From assembly GCA_963762255.1 (NCBI GenBank), contig CAVXKA010000001.1, positions 736,001 to 800,000 on the forward strand: DNA of 64,000 nucleotides, read 5' to 3'. Below are positions 31,648-41,362 of the stretch, in pieces. Source of the DNA: Candidatus Eiseniibacteriota bacterium. GTDB taxonomy: Bacteria; Eisenbacteria; RBG-16-71-46; JABDJR01. Positions within the stretch are counted from its first letter, which is position 1. The number at the start of each line of letters is the position of its first letter. The position numbers and the translations under genes were made by a program. The notes under the pieces were generated by a model that was given only the letters and a program-made list of their open reading frames with translations, searched no databases and had not been told where the DNA came from.

Positions 31648-32973
31648 TCACTCCAACATCGCGAGCGTCGCCAAGCCATGTGGGATGACGAGCACGCGCG
31701 CGCGGTCTCCGAGTCGGTCCAGCACGTGCGCGACCGCAGCGTCGGCGCCCTCGGCGGATTCCATGTGACAGGCTGCTGCCACGGACGGAAGCTCGGAACC
31801 GACCAGAAGGCAGCGGTATCGCTCCAGGGCGCGGGCCACCATGAACGCGCGCTGCCCGCCGACGCCGAACCCCGTCTCGCGCAGACGCCGCACCACGTCC
31901 GCCGGGGAAGTACCGGCGCGCATCCGAGAGAGGAACTCCTCCTCGCCGGGGCCTCGGCCCGCCCCCTCCTCGCATCGTGCCACGAGCACGACCCACCCGC
32001 CGTCGCGAAGCGCCGGATTGGTCGCGAAGGCGACGTAGGTGAGGGCGCGGGACGCCTGGTACAGGTTGGCGTCCTTGGGGGCGCCGACCCCCACGATGAC
32101 CGAGTCGAACGGCTCCCGTCCGACGGGCGCCCACGTGAACGGCGCGAGTCGTGTCGAAAGATCTTGCAGGACGTCCGCCGGCGCACCCGCCGCCGCCCCC
32201 ACCAGACGCCCCTCACCGTCGAGCGCGACGTTCAACACGAACTGTAGCCGCGCGCGCCGCGCGATCGCATCGAGCGCCGCGTGAAGCGGGTTTCCTTCCA
32301 GGCGCCCGAGGCGAGTCCCCGCATGCTCGAGGAAGGCAATCCCGTGGAGCGCGCGGATGGTCTCTTCCGCCGCGCACCCGATCGCCACCGTCTTTCGCCC
32401 GCCGGAGAAGCCCGCGTATTGATGCGGCTCCACGATGCCGGTGGAGATCAGGAGATCGCACTCGATCGCGCGCCGGTGCAGGCGCACGGGAACCGCTGCA
32501 GGAAGCGGCGTGGGCGCTGTGTCCTCGGGGGCGAGGGCGCCCATATCCCGGTATTCATCGCGCGAGGCGCCCTGAGCGTCTTCGACTCGAAGCGATTCGG
32601 CCCAAGTCCCGAGCTTCTGCGTCCGCTCGCCCGCGGTGGAATGCCGGTGCATGCCGAGGGCAATGAGCACCGTGATGTCCTCGTGGCGCACGCCGCCCGC
32701 GCGCAGTTCCTCGATGAGGAGCGGGACGAGGATGTGGTCCGGACAGGGCCGTGTCGCGTCGGTGATGGCGATCGTCACGGTGGAACCCGGGCGCGCGAGA
32801 TCGCGCAGGCGGGGACCGGCTTTGGGTGTGGAGAGCGCATCTCGAGCCGCGCCCTCCACCGAACGGGTCTCTGCCGGAAGCGCCGGATCCGCGCGCCGGA
32901 CATCCCAGGTTCCGGGAAGAGAGAAGACGAGGCTGCCGGTGCCGTAGGGAATCTCCACGCGGTGCTCGGCCAT
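31648..32973 (-). CDS. larA: Nickel-pincer dependent lactate racemase family protein
   Basis: IPYG, DATRP, ALGMHR, EPHQYAGFSGGRK, NLYQA. Real start MAEHRVE at 32973. Confidence 0.85.
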   Translation of the reverse strand: MAEHRVEIPYGTGSLVFSLPGTWDVRRADPALPAETRSVEGAARDALSTPKAGPRLRDLARPGSTVTIAITDATRPCPDHILVPLLIEELRAGGVRHEDITVLIALGMHRHSTAGERTQKLGTWAESLRVEDAQGASRDEYRDMGALAPEDTAPTPLPAAVPVRLHRRAIECDLLISTGIVEPHQYAGFSGGRKTVAIGCAAEETIRALHGIAFLEHAGTRLGRLEGNPLHAALDAIARRARLQFVLNVALDGEGRLVGAAAGAPADVLQDLSTRLAPFTWAPVGREPFDSVIVGVGAPKDANLYQASRALTYVAFATNPALRDGGWVVLVARCEEGAGRGPGEEEFLSRMRAGTSPADVVRRLRETGFGVGGQRAFMVARALERYRCLLVGSELPSVAAACHMESAEGADAAVAHVLDRLGDRARVLVIPHGLATLAMLE

Positions 32974-33069
32974 GGGGTCGAGGGTACCATGCGCGACCGA
33001 GTGGGAGCATAATGCGGCGCACGAGGCACGGCTCGGCCCCCGCCGTGTCTCCAACAAGGAAACGCAGTC

Positions 33070-33978
33070 ATGATGGATGTCACTCCCGCCGACCGCGCGC
33101 ATCTCGCCGTCAAGCGCGACCGCGAGGTCAACGGCGTACTGTGGAAAGTACTCTTCCTCAACCTGCTGGTCGCCGTGCTGAAGCTCATCTTCGGGTTCCT
33201 CTCCGGCGCCATCAGCATGGTCGCGGACGGGTTCCATTCCGCCCTCGATGCTTCGAGCAACGTCGTCGGCCTGGTCGGGATGAAGCTGGCGGCCAAGGAA
33301 GCCGACCCCGAACACCCCTACGGCCACCGCAAGTTCGAAGCTCTGGCCGCGCTGGCCATCGCGCTCTTTCTCTTCATCACCTGCTACGAGATCCTCTCTC
33401 GCGTGATCGATCAGTTCCATGGCGCGCACGACGTCGATCCCAGGCTGATCACGTTCCTGGTGATGGTCCTCACCATGGGCGTGAACTTCGGCGTCTCGCG
33501 CTACGAGCGGCGTCAGGGGGTTCGGCTTCGCAGCCTCATCCTGGCGGCGGACTCGCGACACACGCAGAGCGACATCTTCGCGAGCTTCGGCGTGCTGGTC
33601 TCCCTTGCCGCAGCGTTGCTCGGGTTCCCCGTGCTGGACCTCGTGGTGGCGGTCGCGATCGCGGGCTTCATCGCCTTCTCGGGATACCGGATCGTGAGCC
33701 AGGCGTTCACCTCTCTCGCCGACGCGCAGATGGTGGAGCCCAGCGTGGTGGCGGACATCGTGCGCAGCGTGGACGGAGTGACCGACGTGCACCGCGTTCG
33801 TAGTCGGGGCCTCCCCGATGACATTCACATCGACCTCCACGTGCACGTCTCTCCCCAGATGAGCATCGCCGAGGCCCACGAGTTGGCCCACGCGGCGTCG
33901 GAGCGCATCCGCACGGAGATCACGGGGACGACGGACGTGGTTATCCACATGGAGCCGGAGGGGGAGCACGAGGAGTAG
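33070..33978 (+). CDS. Cation diffusion facilitator (CDF) transporter
   Basis: ADGFHSALD, HPYGHRKFE, DSRHTQSD, IHMEP. Confidence 0.93.
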   Translation: MMDVTPADRAHLAVKRDREVNGVLWKVLFLNLLVAVLKLIFGFLSGAISMVADGFHSALDASSNVVGLVGMKLAAKEADPEHPYGHRKFEALAALAIALFLFITCYEILSRVIDQFHGAHDVDPRLITFLVMVLTMGVNFGVSRYERRQGVRLRSLILAADSRHTQSDIFASFGVLVSLAAALLGFPVLDLVVAVAIAGFIAFSGYRIVSQAFTSLADAQMVEPSVVADIVRSVDGVTDVHRVRSRGLPDDIHIDLHVHVSPQMSIAEAHELAHAASERIRTEITGTTDVVIHMEPEGEHEE

Positions 33979-34088
33979 CTGGCTACAATCGATTGGACGG
34001 CAATCAATTGGGGTCTGCGGCGTCCGCCGCCGCTCCCCAGCGAAAAATCCTGGAACATTCCTTCCCGGACCGCTGTAGTAGCAGTCAC

Positions 34089-34375
34089 GCACCGCGAGTA
34101 AAGCACCCGCGGATCGCCGGATCGGTTTGGGGGCCTACCCTGTGGCATTGGTGCCCTCCGGATGGCGTCCTTTTAGCTGGCGCCGTTAAGTCCGGTAGGC
34201 CACGGTGCAGATGGGGGCGGGACCCCCCTTGTTTCCCCAGGTGCGAGCCTGGATGTCAGAGAAGCGCGAGACCTCCATCACCTCCGTTCGAGTCAGGGAC
34301 AGCAGAGAAGAGCAGCCGGCCGACAGCGGCCGGCGAGGGAAAGCCCGCCAGGGACCGGCGGGCTTTCTCTTTTCT
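34089..34375 (+). ncRNA. Candidate structured ncRNA (or long structured 3' UTR) of unknown family
   Basis: Nested stems GCACCG/CGGTGC, GGCCTACC/GGTAGGCC and GATGGCGTC/GGCGCCGTT. Hairpins GGGGG/CCCCC, CCAGGT-GCGA-GCCTGG (GNRA) and GCCGGCCG/CGGCCGGC. Ends in a + strand terminator. Confidence 0.45.
34337..34375 (+). terminator. Intrinsic terminator
   Basis: GAAAGCCCGCC-N7-GGCGGGCTTTC followed by TCTTTTCT. Confidence 0.85.
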
Positions 34376-34420
34376 ATCCGTTTCGCGCGGTTTCGGAGTC
34401 TGTGATCCGGACGGTGGCGC

Positions 34421-35266
34421 CTAGACCGCGCCGAGGCTTGTCTGAAACCAGGAGATCGTCCGCTCGATGGCGCGATGCAGTGCGGGAGGAGTTCCGGAGA
34501 ACGGGTGCGTTGCCCCGAAGGTGTGGTTCGCCCCCTCGATGAGGGCCTGACGCGTGAGGCCGGGATCCGACACGCGGGCCAGCTTGGCCGCCTCCTCAAC
34601 CGGCACCGATTCATCACGCGTGCCGTGCACGATCAGGTAAGGGATGCGCAAGCGGCGCGCAGCGAGCACCGGATCGTAGGCATCGGCGTGTGCGTCGAGA
34701 TCGTCGAGAAACCCCACGCCGAGCTTGAAGACCTGATGCGTGCGCGCGTTCTCGATCTCCACATAACCCTGCTCGCGCCAGAGCTGTCTGGCCGCATCGT
34801 CGAATCGCTGGAAACTGGCCACGGCGGCCCATGTCGCGATCGAGCGCACGCGCGGATCGCGGCCCGCCCGCACGATCGCCACCCCGCCGCCCCGACTATG
34901 GCCGAGAAGACCGAGTCGCCGGACGTCCACGCTCCCCACAGGGATCTCGCGATGACCCACCGCCTCCAGTACGCAGCCGAGATCGTCCAGCTCCTTGCCG
35001 ATCGTGTTGGCCTCGAAGCGAGCCGGCTCCGTGAAGTTCTGAAAGTCCTCGCCGATCCCCGACCCTGAGAAGTTGAAGGTCACGAGCGCGAGCTTGCTCT
35101 CGGCGAATCGCTTCCCGACTTCCGGCCAGAAGCCCCAATTCTTGAAGCCCTTGAATCCGTGGCAGGCGACGATGATCGGCGCGGCTCGAGGCTCCGGGGG
35201 GAGATAGATGTCACCGCAGAGATCGCCATGGGGACCGTCGAGAATCCGGAACGGAGTGGGTGTCAT
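34421..35266 (-). CDS. Alpha/beta hydrolase
   Basis: HGFKGFK, nucleophile GHSRGG, HGTRDESV, GANHTF. Confidence 0.9.
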   Translation of the reverse strand: MTPTPFRILDGPHGDLCGDIYLPPEPRAAPIIVACHGFKGFKNWGFWPEVGKRFAESKLALVTFNFSGSGIGEDFQNFTEPARFEANTIGKELDDLGCVLEAVGHREIPVGSVDVRRLGLLGHSRGGGVAIVRAGRDPRVRSIATWAAVASFQRFDDAARQLWREQGYVEIENARTHQVFKLGVGFLDDLDAHADAYDPVLAARRLRIPYLIVHGTRDESVPVEEAAKLARVSDPGLTRQALIEGANHTFGATHPFSGTPPALHRAIERTISWFQTSLGAV

Positions 35267-35478
35267 GAGCGAGGATCTTGAGGGAGAGACGGGGTGGCGA
35301 CAAGGCGTGCGGCCGGACAGAGAAACGCCGCCACTGCAAGCATGCTGGCCGCTATAGCAAGCCTGCCCGGCGGACGGGGATCCGACGGTGTGGCGGCTGC
35401 AGAAACTCTAGAGCGCGCCCGGCGCCCAGGTCAAGAGATGAGCTAAAAATTAAGGATTAGGCTGGGGGCGGGCTGCGG

Positions 35479-37179
35479 TCAGGCAGGCCAGCGGGCCGCG
35501 ATGGGCATCCGCCGCCCGGAGCCGAAAGCTACAGGGGAGATCTTGAGGCCCGGCGCGGCCTGCCGCCGCTTGTACTCCGCCCGGGCAACCATCTTGAGGA
35601 CTCGCCGAACCAGTTCCTCGGGGAGGCCCTCCGCCACCAGCGACTCCACGCCCAGATCCTCCTCCACCGCGCCTTCGAGAATCCGGTCGAGAAGATCGTA
35701 CGGGGGGAGGGTGTCCTGGTCGGTCTGATCCGGCTTCAGCTCGGCCGACGGGGGCTTGTCCATGGTGCTGCGGGGGATGATCTCGCGATCCCGATTCAGC
35801 CGTTGAGCCACCGCGTATACCGTGGTCTTGGGAAGATCGCTGATCACAGCCAGACCGCCGGCCATGTCGCCGTAGAGGGTGCAGTAGCCGACCGCGAGTT
35901 CGCTCTGGTTGCCGGTCGCCAGGAGCAGGTGGCCGAACTTGTTCGAGAGCGCCATGAGCAGAACGGCGCGCGCGCGGGCCTGCAGGTTCTCCTCCGTGAG
36001 GCCGGGCGTCGTGTCGTGGAACAGGCGGTCGAGGGACTGGAGCGACGCGGCGAAGACGGGCTCGATGGAGATGTTTTCGAAGTGGATGCCGAGGTTCTTC
36101 GCCACGGCTTCGGCGTCGCTCACGCTTCCCGGGCTGGAGTAGCGGCTGGGAAGCGCGATCCCCCAGACGTTCTCCGGGCCGAGCGCCTCGGCGGCGATCG
36201 CGGCGGTGAGAGCCGAATCGATGCCGCCCGAGAGCCCGAGCACGGCGGACTGGAACCCGCACTTGTGCGCGTAGTCTCGCAGACCGAGGGTGAGCGCTCG
36301 CCGGATCGACTCGATCTCGTCCAACTCCGGCCGCGCCGCCGCCGGCCAGGGGCTCACGTGCGGACGGCTGGGGTCGAGCGAGACGAGCGGCGCCACCGGG
36401 CGCGGCGATCCTTCGCCCACCTCGGCAAAGAGCATCTCCTCTTCGAAAGGCCGCCCGCAGGCGACCAATTCTCCGGAGGCGTCAAACACGTAGCCCTCGC
36501 CGTCGAAGATCAGCTCGTCGTTGCCCCCCACCTGATTCGTGTAGAGGAACGGCAATCCGTGGCGCGCGGCGTGGCTGGCGAACATCGAGCGGCGCAGCTC
36601 CATCTTCTTCGCGTGGAACGGCGACGAGGAGATGTTGAGGAGCACTTCCGCGCCCGCCTGGGCGAGTTCCTCGACGGGGTCCCGCAGATACAGACGCCTG
36701 GGCCAGAAGCCCGCCTCGTTCCAGGCGTCCTCGCAGATGTGGAGTCCCCAGCGGACGCCGCCGAACTCCACCGGGCGCGCGGGAGATTCGTCGGCTTCGA
36801 AGTAGCGTCCCTCGTCGAACACGTCGTAGGAGGGAAGGAGCTTCTTGCGCACCTCGGCCAGCACGCGCCCCTCCGCGCAGAGGAGGGCACCGTTGCTGAG
36901 CGGTTTGCCTTCGCGGGCCGGATTGGTGAGGGGCGTCCCGAAGATGAGTCCCGCCCGCCCGGTCGCCGCGGCCAGCGAGCCGGCGGTGCGCCCGGCGGCG
37001 GCGACGAACTCGGCCTGGCGAAGGAGATCCCTTGGCGGGTAGCCCGTGAGCGCGAGTTCGGGGAACACCACGAGGTCCGCCCCGCGCGCCACCGCCAGGT
37101 CGTACCAGGCACGGATGCGGGCGGCATTGCCCTCGAGATCGCCCACCACGGGATTGATCTGGCTCAGCGCCACGCGCAT
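35479..37179 (-). CDS. nadE: Glutamine-dependent NAD+ synthetase
   Basis: Nitrilase domain (FPEL, ICEDAW) plus LSGGIDS, ENLQAR, PSAEL. Confidence 0.95.
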   Translation of the reverse strand: MRVALSQINPVVGDLEGNAARIRAWYDLAVARGADLVVFPELALTGYPPRDLLRQAEFVAAAGRTAGSLAAATGRAGLIFGTPLTNPAREGKPLSNGALLCAEGRVLAEVRKKLLPSYDVFDEGRYFEADESPARPVEFGGVRWGLHICEDAWNEAGFWPRRLYLRDPVEELAQAGAEVLLNISSSPFHAKKMELRRSMFASHAARHGLPFLYTNQVGGNDELIFDGEGYVFDASGELVACGRPFEEEMLFAEVGEGSPRPVAPLVSLDPSRPHVSPWPAAARPELDEIESIRRALTLGLRDYAHKCGFQSAVLGLSGGIDSALTAAIAAEALGPENVWGIALPSRYSSPGSVSDAEAVAKNLGIHFENISIEPVFAASLQSLDRLFHDTTPGLTEENLQARARAVLLMALSNKFGHLLLATGNQSELAVGYCTLYGDMAGGLAVISDLPKTTVYAVAQRLNRDREIIPRSTMDKPPSAELKPDQTDQDTLPPYDLLDRILEGAVEEDLGVESLVAEGLPEELVRRVLKMVARAEYKRRQAAPGLKISPVAFGSGRRMPIAARWPA

Positions 37180-37268
37180 GAACGCGGCCCTCCTTGAGCG
37201 GCACAGTCTAGCACCGACCGCGCGGTGTGCCGGTTGGCGCGACCGATGCGGGGTGCTAGTTTCGTCTC

Positions 37269-38306
37269 ATGCTTCGCAGGCCAACCGAGCCGACACGACC
37301 CGCCGCCCCCGAGCACGATCCGGCGGGAGGCGAGTCGGCGCCCCTAGAACACGAGGTCGTGCACCGGCGCATCCTTGCCGTGCTGAACCCGGTGGCGGGT
37401 CCGCGCGCCATCCCGCGCCCGACCAAGGAACTGCGCCGCTGGGCGGAGCGGCTCGGAGTGCACCTCGACATCGTGGAGACGCGCCCTGACCTGAACGGTG
37501 AGGCGGCGGTGGAGTCCGTGGGGAGCGAGTACGACTGCCTGCTCGCCGTGGGCGGAGATGGAACGGTGATGGAGGTCGCGGGCGCGGCGATGAAGCTGGG
37601 AATCCCGCTGGCCATCCTCCCGCGCGGAACCGCGAACGCGGTGGCGTGGCGCTTCGGCATCCCCTTCGACGTGGGCCAGGCACTCAAGGTGGCGGCTCAC
37701 GGGCGGTCGGTGTGCATCGACGTCGCCCGAACCCCGCATCGCGACTTTCTGATCATGGCGGGGTTGGGCTACGACGCCGCCGTGATCCGCGGCGCCACGC
37801 GAAGCCTGAAGCGCAGGCTCGGGTTCCTGGCGTACCTCTATTCTGCGCTGCGCAATCTCCGCCGGCGCCCCTATCACTTCCGTGTCTTTCTGGACGACCG
37901 CCCCCCTTTCCGTATCCGCGGAGCCACCGCGGTGATCGCTGATATCGGAACCCTTGCCGGCAACATCCGCCTGGTCAAAGAAGTCGACCCTCAGGACGGG
38001 GTGCTCGATCTCGTCGTGATCGCCCCCGAAAACTTCCGCGACTTCTTCCGCCTCGTATTCTGGGGAGTGTTGGGCCGGCTCGCTGAAGACCCCCGCGTGC
38101 GCACCTACCGCGCGTCGAAGATCAAGCTCGAGTGCCGACCGCTGGCGCCTCTGCAGGTGGACGGTGACGACATTCAAGGCCGTCACCGCGAGCTGGAGGC
38201 CGAGGTGCTCCCCAAGGCACTCATGCTGATGGTGCCCCACGAGGCCAAGCGCTTCCCGTGGATGCCCGAGGTCAAGTGGGAGCAGGGGAAGTTGAGGCGG
38301 CAGTAG
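37269..38306 (+). CDS. Diacylglycerol/lipid kinase family protein
   Basis: NPVAG, GGDGT, PRGTAN, QVDGD. Confidence 0.9.
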   Translation: MLRRPTEPTRPAAPEHDPAGGESAPLEHEVVHRRILAVLNPVAGPRAIPRPTKELRRWAERLGVHLDIVETRPDLNGEAAVESVGSEYDCLLAVGGDGTVMEVAGAAMKLGIPLAILPRGTANAVAWRFGIPFDVGQALKVAAHGRSVCIDVARTPHRDFLIMAGLGYDAAVIRGATRSLKRRLGFLAYLYSALRNLRRRPYHFRVFLDDRPPFRIRGATAVIADIGTLAGNIRLVKEVDPQDGVLDLVVIAPENFRDFFRLVFWGVLGRLAEDPRVRTYRASKIKLECRPLAPLQVDGDDIQGRHRELEAEVLPKALMLMVPHEAKRFPWMPEVKWEQGKLRRQ

Positions 38307-38336
38307 ACGACGGTCGTTGGGGGTCGGCGGCTCCGC

Positions 38337-39170
38337 CTAGGCGTACTCCACGCGCACCGGCCCGGGAAGGAGCCCCTTCTCGAAGCCCTCCGTGAGCAGG
38401 AGGTGAACGGCCTGGCGGCCGCGCTCCCCGTAGTCCACGGTGAGGTCGTTGACGTACATCCCCACGAAACGGTCCGTGAGATCCTCGGTCATGTCGCGCC
38501 CATATCGCATGGAGTGGTGCAGAGCATCGCCCCGATGTTCGAGCCCGTAGACGATGGACCGGCGCAGGATGTCCGAGACCGTTGCGATCAACTCGGGGCC
38601 CAGGGAGCGGCGGATGGCGTTCCCTCCAAGCGGCAACGGCAGGCCGTCGGTGCGATCGCGCCACCAGAGGCCGAGGTTCAGGATCTCGACGAGGCCGAGG
38701 TTGTGATACGTGAGTTGGCCCTCATGGATGATGAGCCCGGCGTCGGCGCGGCCCGCCGCCACTTCTTCGAGGATGCGATCGAAGGGGACCACGCGGAATC
38801 GGAAGTTCCCGATGGCGAGCTTGAGGTGCAAGAACGCGCTGGTCATCACGCCCGGCACCGCGATCAGCCTGGAAGGGAGATCGGCCGGCGCGATGGGCTC
38901 GCGAGCCACCACCATGGGGCCGTATCCGTCTCCCATGCTCGCGCCATGAGGGAGGAGCATGTAGCGGTCCTGGAGGTAGGCGTAGGCGTGGATGCTCACC
39001 GCGGTGATGTCGAGTTCCTCCCGCATCGCCCTCCAGTTGAGGGTCTCGATGTCCTGGAGGATGTGCTCGAAGCGGAGCCCCTCCGTGTCGATCTTGTTCG
39101 CGGCGAGGGCGTAGAACATGAAGGCGTCGTCGGGATCGGGGCTGTGCCCCAGGGTCAAGGTGCGGGCCAT
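38337..39170 (-). CDS. mqnD: 1,4-dihydroxy-6-naphthoate synthase (futalosine pathway)
   Basis: LGHSPDPDDAFMFYAL, IIHEGQLTY, LPLPLGG, MYVN. Confidence 0.88.
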   Translation of the reverse strand: MARTLTLGHSPDPDDAFMFYALAANKIDTEGLRFEHILQDIETLNWRAMREELDITAVSIHAYAYLQDRYMLLPHGASMGDGYGPMVVAREPIAPADLPSRLIAVPGVMTSAFLHLKLAIGNFRFRVVPFDRILEEVAAGRADAGLIIHEGQLTYHNLGLVEILNLGLWWRDRTDGLPLPLGGNAIRRSLGPELIATVSDILRRSIVYGLEHRGDALHHSMRYGRDMTEDLTDRFVGMYVNDLTVDYGERGRQAVHLLLTEGFEKGLLPGPVRVEYA

Positions 39171-39201
39171 GGAAATCCTCCCGCGCCAGCCTATCACGGT
39201 C

Positions 39202-39272
39202 GACGCCCCCCTTCACCCGGCGCTTGACGCTGCCCTTCACCGAGCGCCTACGTCCCCCTTCACCCGGCGCTT
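39202..39272. repeat. Three 23-24-bp tandem repeats in a divergent promoter region
   Basis: GACGCCCCCCTTCACCCGGCGCTT / GACGCTGCCCTTCACCGAGCGCCT / ACGTCCCCCTTCACCCGGCGCTT. Confidence 0.85.
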
Positions 39273-39299
39273 GACGCTCCAGCCCGTACCCTCTTTAAT
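39271..39299 (+). promoter_or_regulatory. sigma70-type promoter
   Basis: TTGACG-17 bp-TTTAAT, upstream of an AGGAGG SD and ATG 39336. Confidence 0.65.
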
Positions 39300-39335
39300 G
39301 CGCTGGATATCGTCCCGCGAACAAGGAGGGTTCTC

Positions 39336-40151
39336 ATGCGCGCACGTGTGTTGGGGGCGCGAGCGATCGTTCGGCCGGTCATGGCCCTCGCGATTCTGGC
39401 CGGGCTGGCGTCGCAGGCCGCCGCCGAGGCGCCGTTCTTCTACGACGATCTGTCCGTCGCCGCTTCCTACGACCCCAGCTTCGATCCCTCGGCCCGGTCG
39501 GTCGGGACGCTGACCGTGCTCGCACAGGCGTGGTCCCTCCCGCCGGCGGACGATCCTGGCCAAGGCGTCTCGGACCAGGACTACACGCAGCAGTACCGGG
39601 CGCAGTGGAACTTCACGCTGGATGACCGGTCGGCCATCTCCGTCGAGCTGAAGGGCGCGTCCAAAGGAATGGTGGTCGGCGACGACTACTTCATGAAGAG
39701 CGAGTACATCTACAAGGGCGCGCGGGCGCCGCTGTGGGCGTACGGCGGCATCCGCGTTCCGAACGAGACCGATTTCGTGGTGTACGGCGGCGTCGAGACC
39801 ATGTCGTACCGGCTGGGCGATCTGTTCACGAACATGGCCAGCGACCTTCCGCTGGCCTACAAGGGATACGTCGAGATCCGGCACGACCTCGACGATAAGA
39901 ACCCGGCGCTTCGACTCATGCTCCTCGGGCACACCATCCCCGACTGGCTGGTGCCGCGGTTGACCCTGGGCGCCGGTCTGGACACGTATTTCCGCGAGGG
40001 GATGGATCCGAAGTGGTACGTCCAGGGCCATGCCGATTACCTGATCCGGCAGGGCTTCGGCCGGCTGAGCGCCGTTGCCGGATACGCCGTCGATCTGGAC
40101 AGCGACGGGGAGCAGCGGCTGAGCCTGGGCGTCTCCGTGGGGCTTTTCTAG
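39336..40151 (+). CDS. Putative outer-membrane beta-barrel protein
   Basis: Signal peptide (AAA cleavage), aromatic amphipathic strands, terminal LGVSVGLF. Confidence 0.65.
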   Translation: MRARVLGARAIVRPVMALAILAGLASQAAAEAPFFYDDLSVAASYDPSFDPSARSVGTLTVLAQAWSLPPADDPGQGVSDQDYTQQYRAQWNFTLDDRSAISVELKGASKGMVVGDDYFMKSEYIYKGARAPLWAYGGIRVPNETDFVVYGGVETMSYRLGDLFTNMASDLPLAYKGYVEIRHDLDDKNPALRLMLLGHTIPDWLVPRLTLGAGLDTYFREGMDPKWYVQGHADYLIRQGFGRLSAVAGYAVDLDSDGEQRLSLGVSVGLF

Positions 40152-40257
40152 GGCGGGGAAGGCCCCGGGGGCTGACGGGGTAGAAGGACCGTGTTCACAA
40201 GGCGGCCCGGCTCGGGACGCCCCCGCGATGGTCAGACCCCCGGTGAGGTTTCTTGCG

Positions 40258-40821
40258 ATGAAGAAGACGATCCTGCTCTGGATAGCGTGCGTTCTGGTTC
40301 TCGTGCCGGCTCTTGCCGAGGCCGCGCCGGCCGGCCTCGAAGTCATCAAGATCACCCCGGCTTCGGCCCCCGAAAACACCAAATCTGCCATCAAACTGCT
40401 CGAGAAGATGCCGGGTTTCGCAAAGGCAGAGTGGGACGCGGAAGCGGGCCTGTTCACGGTCACCGTCGAGGACAGCGCCCACTTCGAACCGCGCGGCCTG
40501 GTTGAGGCGCTGCGGGGCGAGAGGGTCGAGGTCACGCGCCTCTCCATGCACTTCGAGGAAGTCCACGCGCGAACCGAGAACAGCGCCGGGATCATTTACT
40601 CCCCTCCCAACCGGCTCTCCTTTCCAGCGGTGTTCACCTGGAGCGGCCAGCGTTTCTGGGGCTTCTGGGGCAACAACCCCCGCGGGCAGAGCGCGGCGTT
40701 TCGCATGGACCTCGATATCCATCTCGGCGCGGTGGGCGCCGACGGCAAGGCCGCGCCCGATTCGGTAGAGATCATCCGCTTTGAACTGACCAAGCCATAC
40801 TACAAGGGTCAGGAGAACTGA
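40258..40821 (+). CDS. Secreted hypothetical protein with HMA-like fold lacking CxxC
   Basis: Signal peptide MKKTILLWIACVLVLVPALAEA; LLEKMPG..AEWD..AGLFTVTV..LVEAL resembles an HMA domain. Confidence 0.55.
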   Translation: MKKTILLWIACVLVLVPALAEAAPAGLEVIKITPASAPENTKSAIKLLEKMPGFAKAEWDAEAGLFTVTVEDSAHFEPRGLVEALRGERVEVTRLSMHFEEVHARTENSAGIIYSPPNRLSFPAVFTWSGQRFWGFWGNNPRGQSAAFRMDLDIHLGAVGADGKAAPDSVEIIRFELTKPYYKGQEN

Positions 40822-40838
40822 CCGGCAAGGAGATCGGC

Positions 40839-41252
40839 GTGACCTTCGAAGCACAGCTTCCTTCCGGGAACGATCCGGAGCGTCTCGCCGAGGCACGGGG
40901 TCTGGGGTGGAATTGGGGCGGGTTCTTCCTCCCCTATTGGTGGCTCCTGGGACACGGCCAGCCTGGCGTGGGGCTTCTGCTTCTGGTGAGCGTCTATATC
41001 CCTTTCGTGAGCATGATCCACCTGCTCCTCTACCCGATCACCGGCATCTACCTGGGGCTGAACGGGTACGAGATGGCCTGGAAGCACAGCCCGTATCACT
41101 CGGTGGCGCAGCTTCAGGACCGCGAGCGACCCTGGGCGTGGTGGGGACTCGCAGGAGTGATTCTGTTCATGGGCTTCGGGCTTCTTGTCCTCGCGTTTTG
41201 GGCCTCGATCGCCGCAAGCCTTCGCGAAGCGCTCCAGGGGCTGCCGGGCTGA
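40839..41252 (+). CDS. Hypothetical membrane protein
   Basis: WNWGGFFL..W motif, three TM segments, GNxxAW-like LNGYEMAW. Confidence 0.7.
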   Translation: MTFEAQLPSGNDPERLAEARGLGWNWGGFFLPYWWLLGHGQPGVGLLLLVSVYIPFVSMIHLLLYPITGIYLGLNGYEMAWKHSPYHSVAQLQDRERPWAWWGLAGVILFMGFGLLVLAFWASIAASLREALQGLPG

Positions 41253-41362
41253 GGGCCTTCGGGTTTGTGACCTCCGCGCGGGTGGTGTGACCGTCGCGCT
41301 GGTGGCGTGACCCTCGCCGGGAACTTGCGTCCTACCGGGTGGAGACCAAACCCGGAGGAAAC

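Noticed and set aside
32974-34092. 814-aa LarA fusion suggested by the ORF track
   Set aside because: The extension is antisense to the CDF gene; LarA similarity begins at Met 32973.
34282-34299. tRNA/tmRNA based on the GTTCGAGTC T-loop-like motif
   Set aside because: The T-stem has a mismatch next to the loop-closing pair, and no acceptor stem, D-arm or CCA end could be built.
39202-39272. Mini CRISPR array
   Set aside because: Units are contiguous with no spacers.
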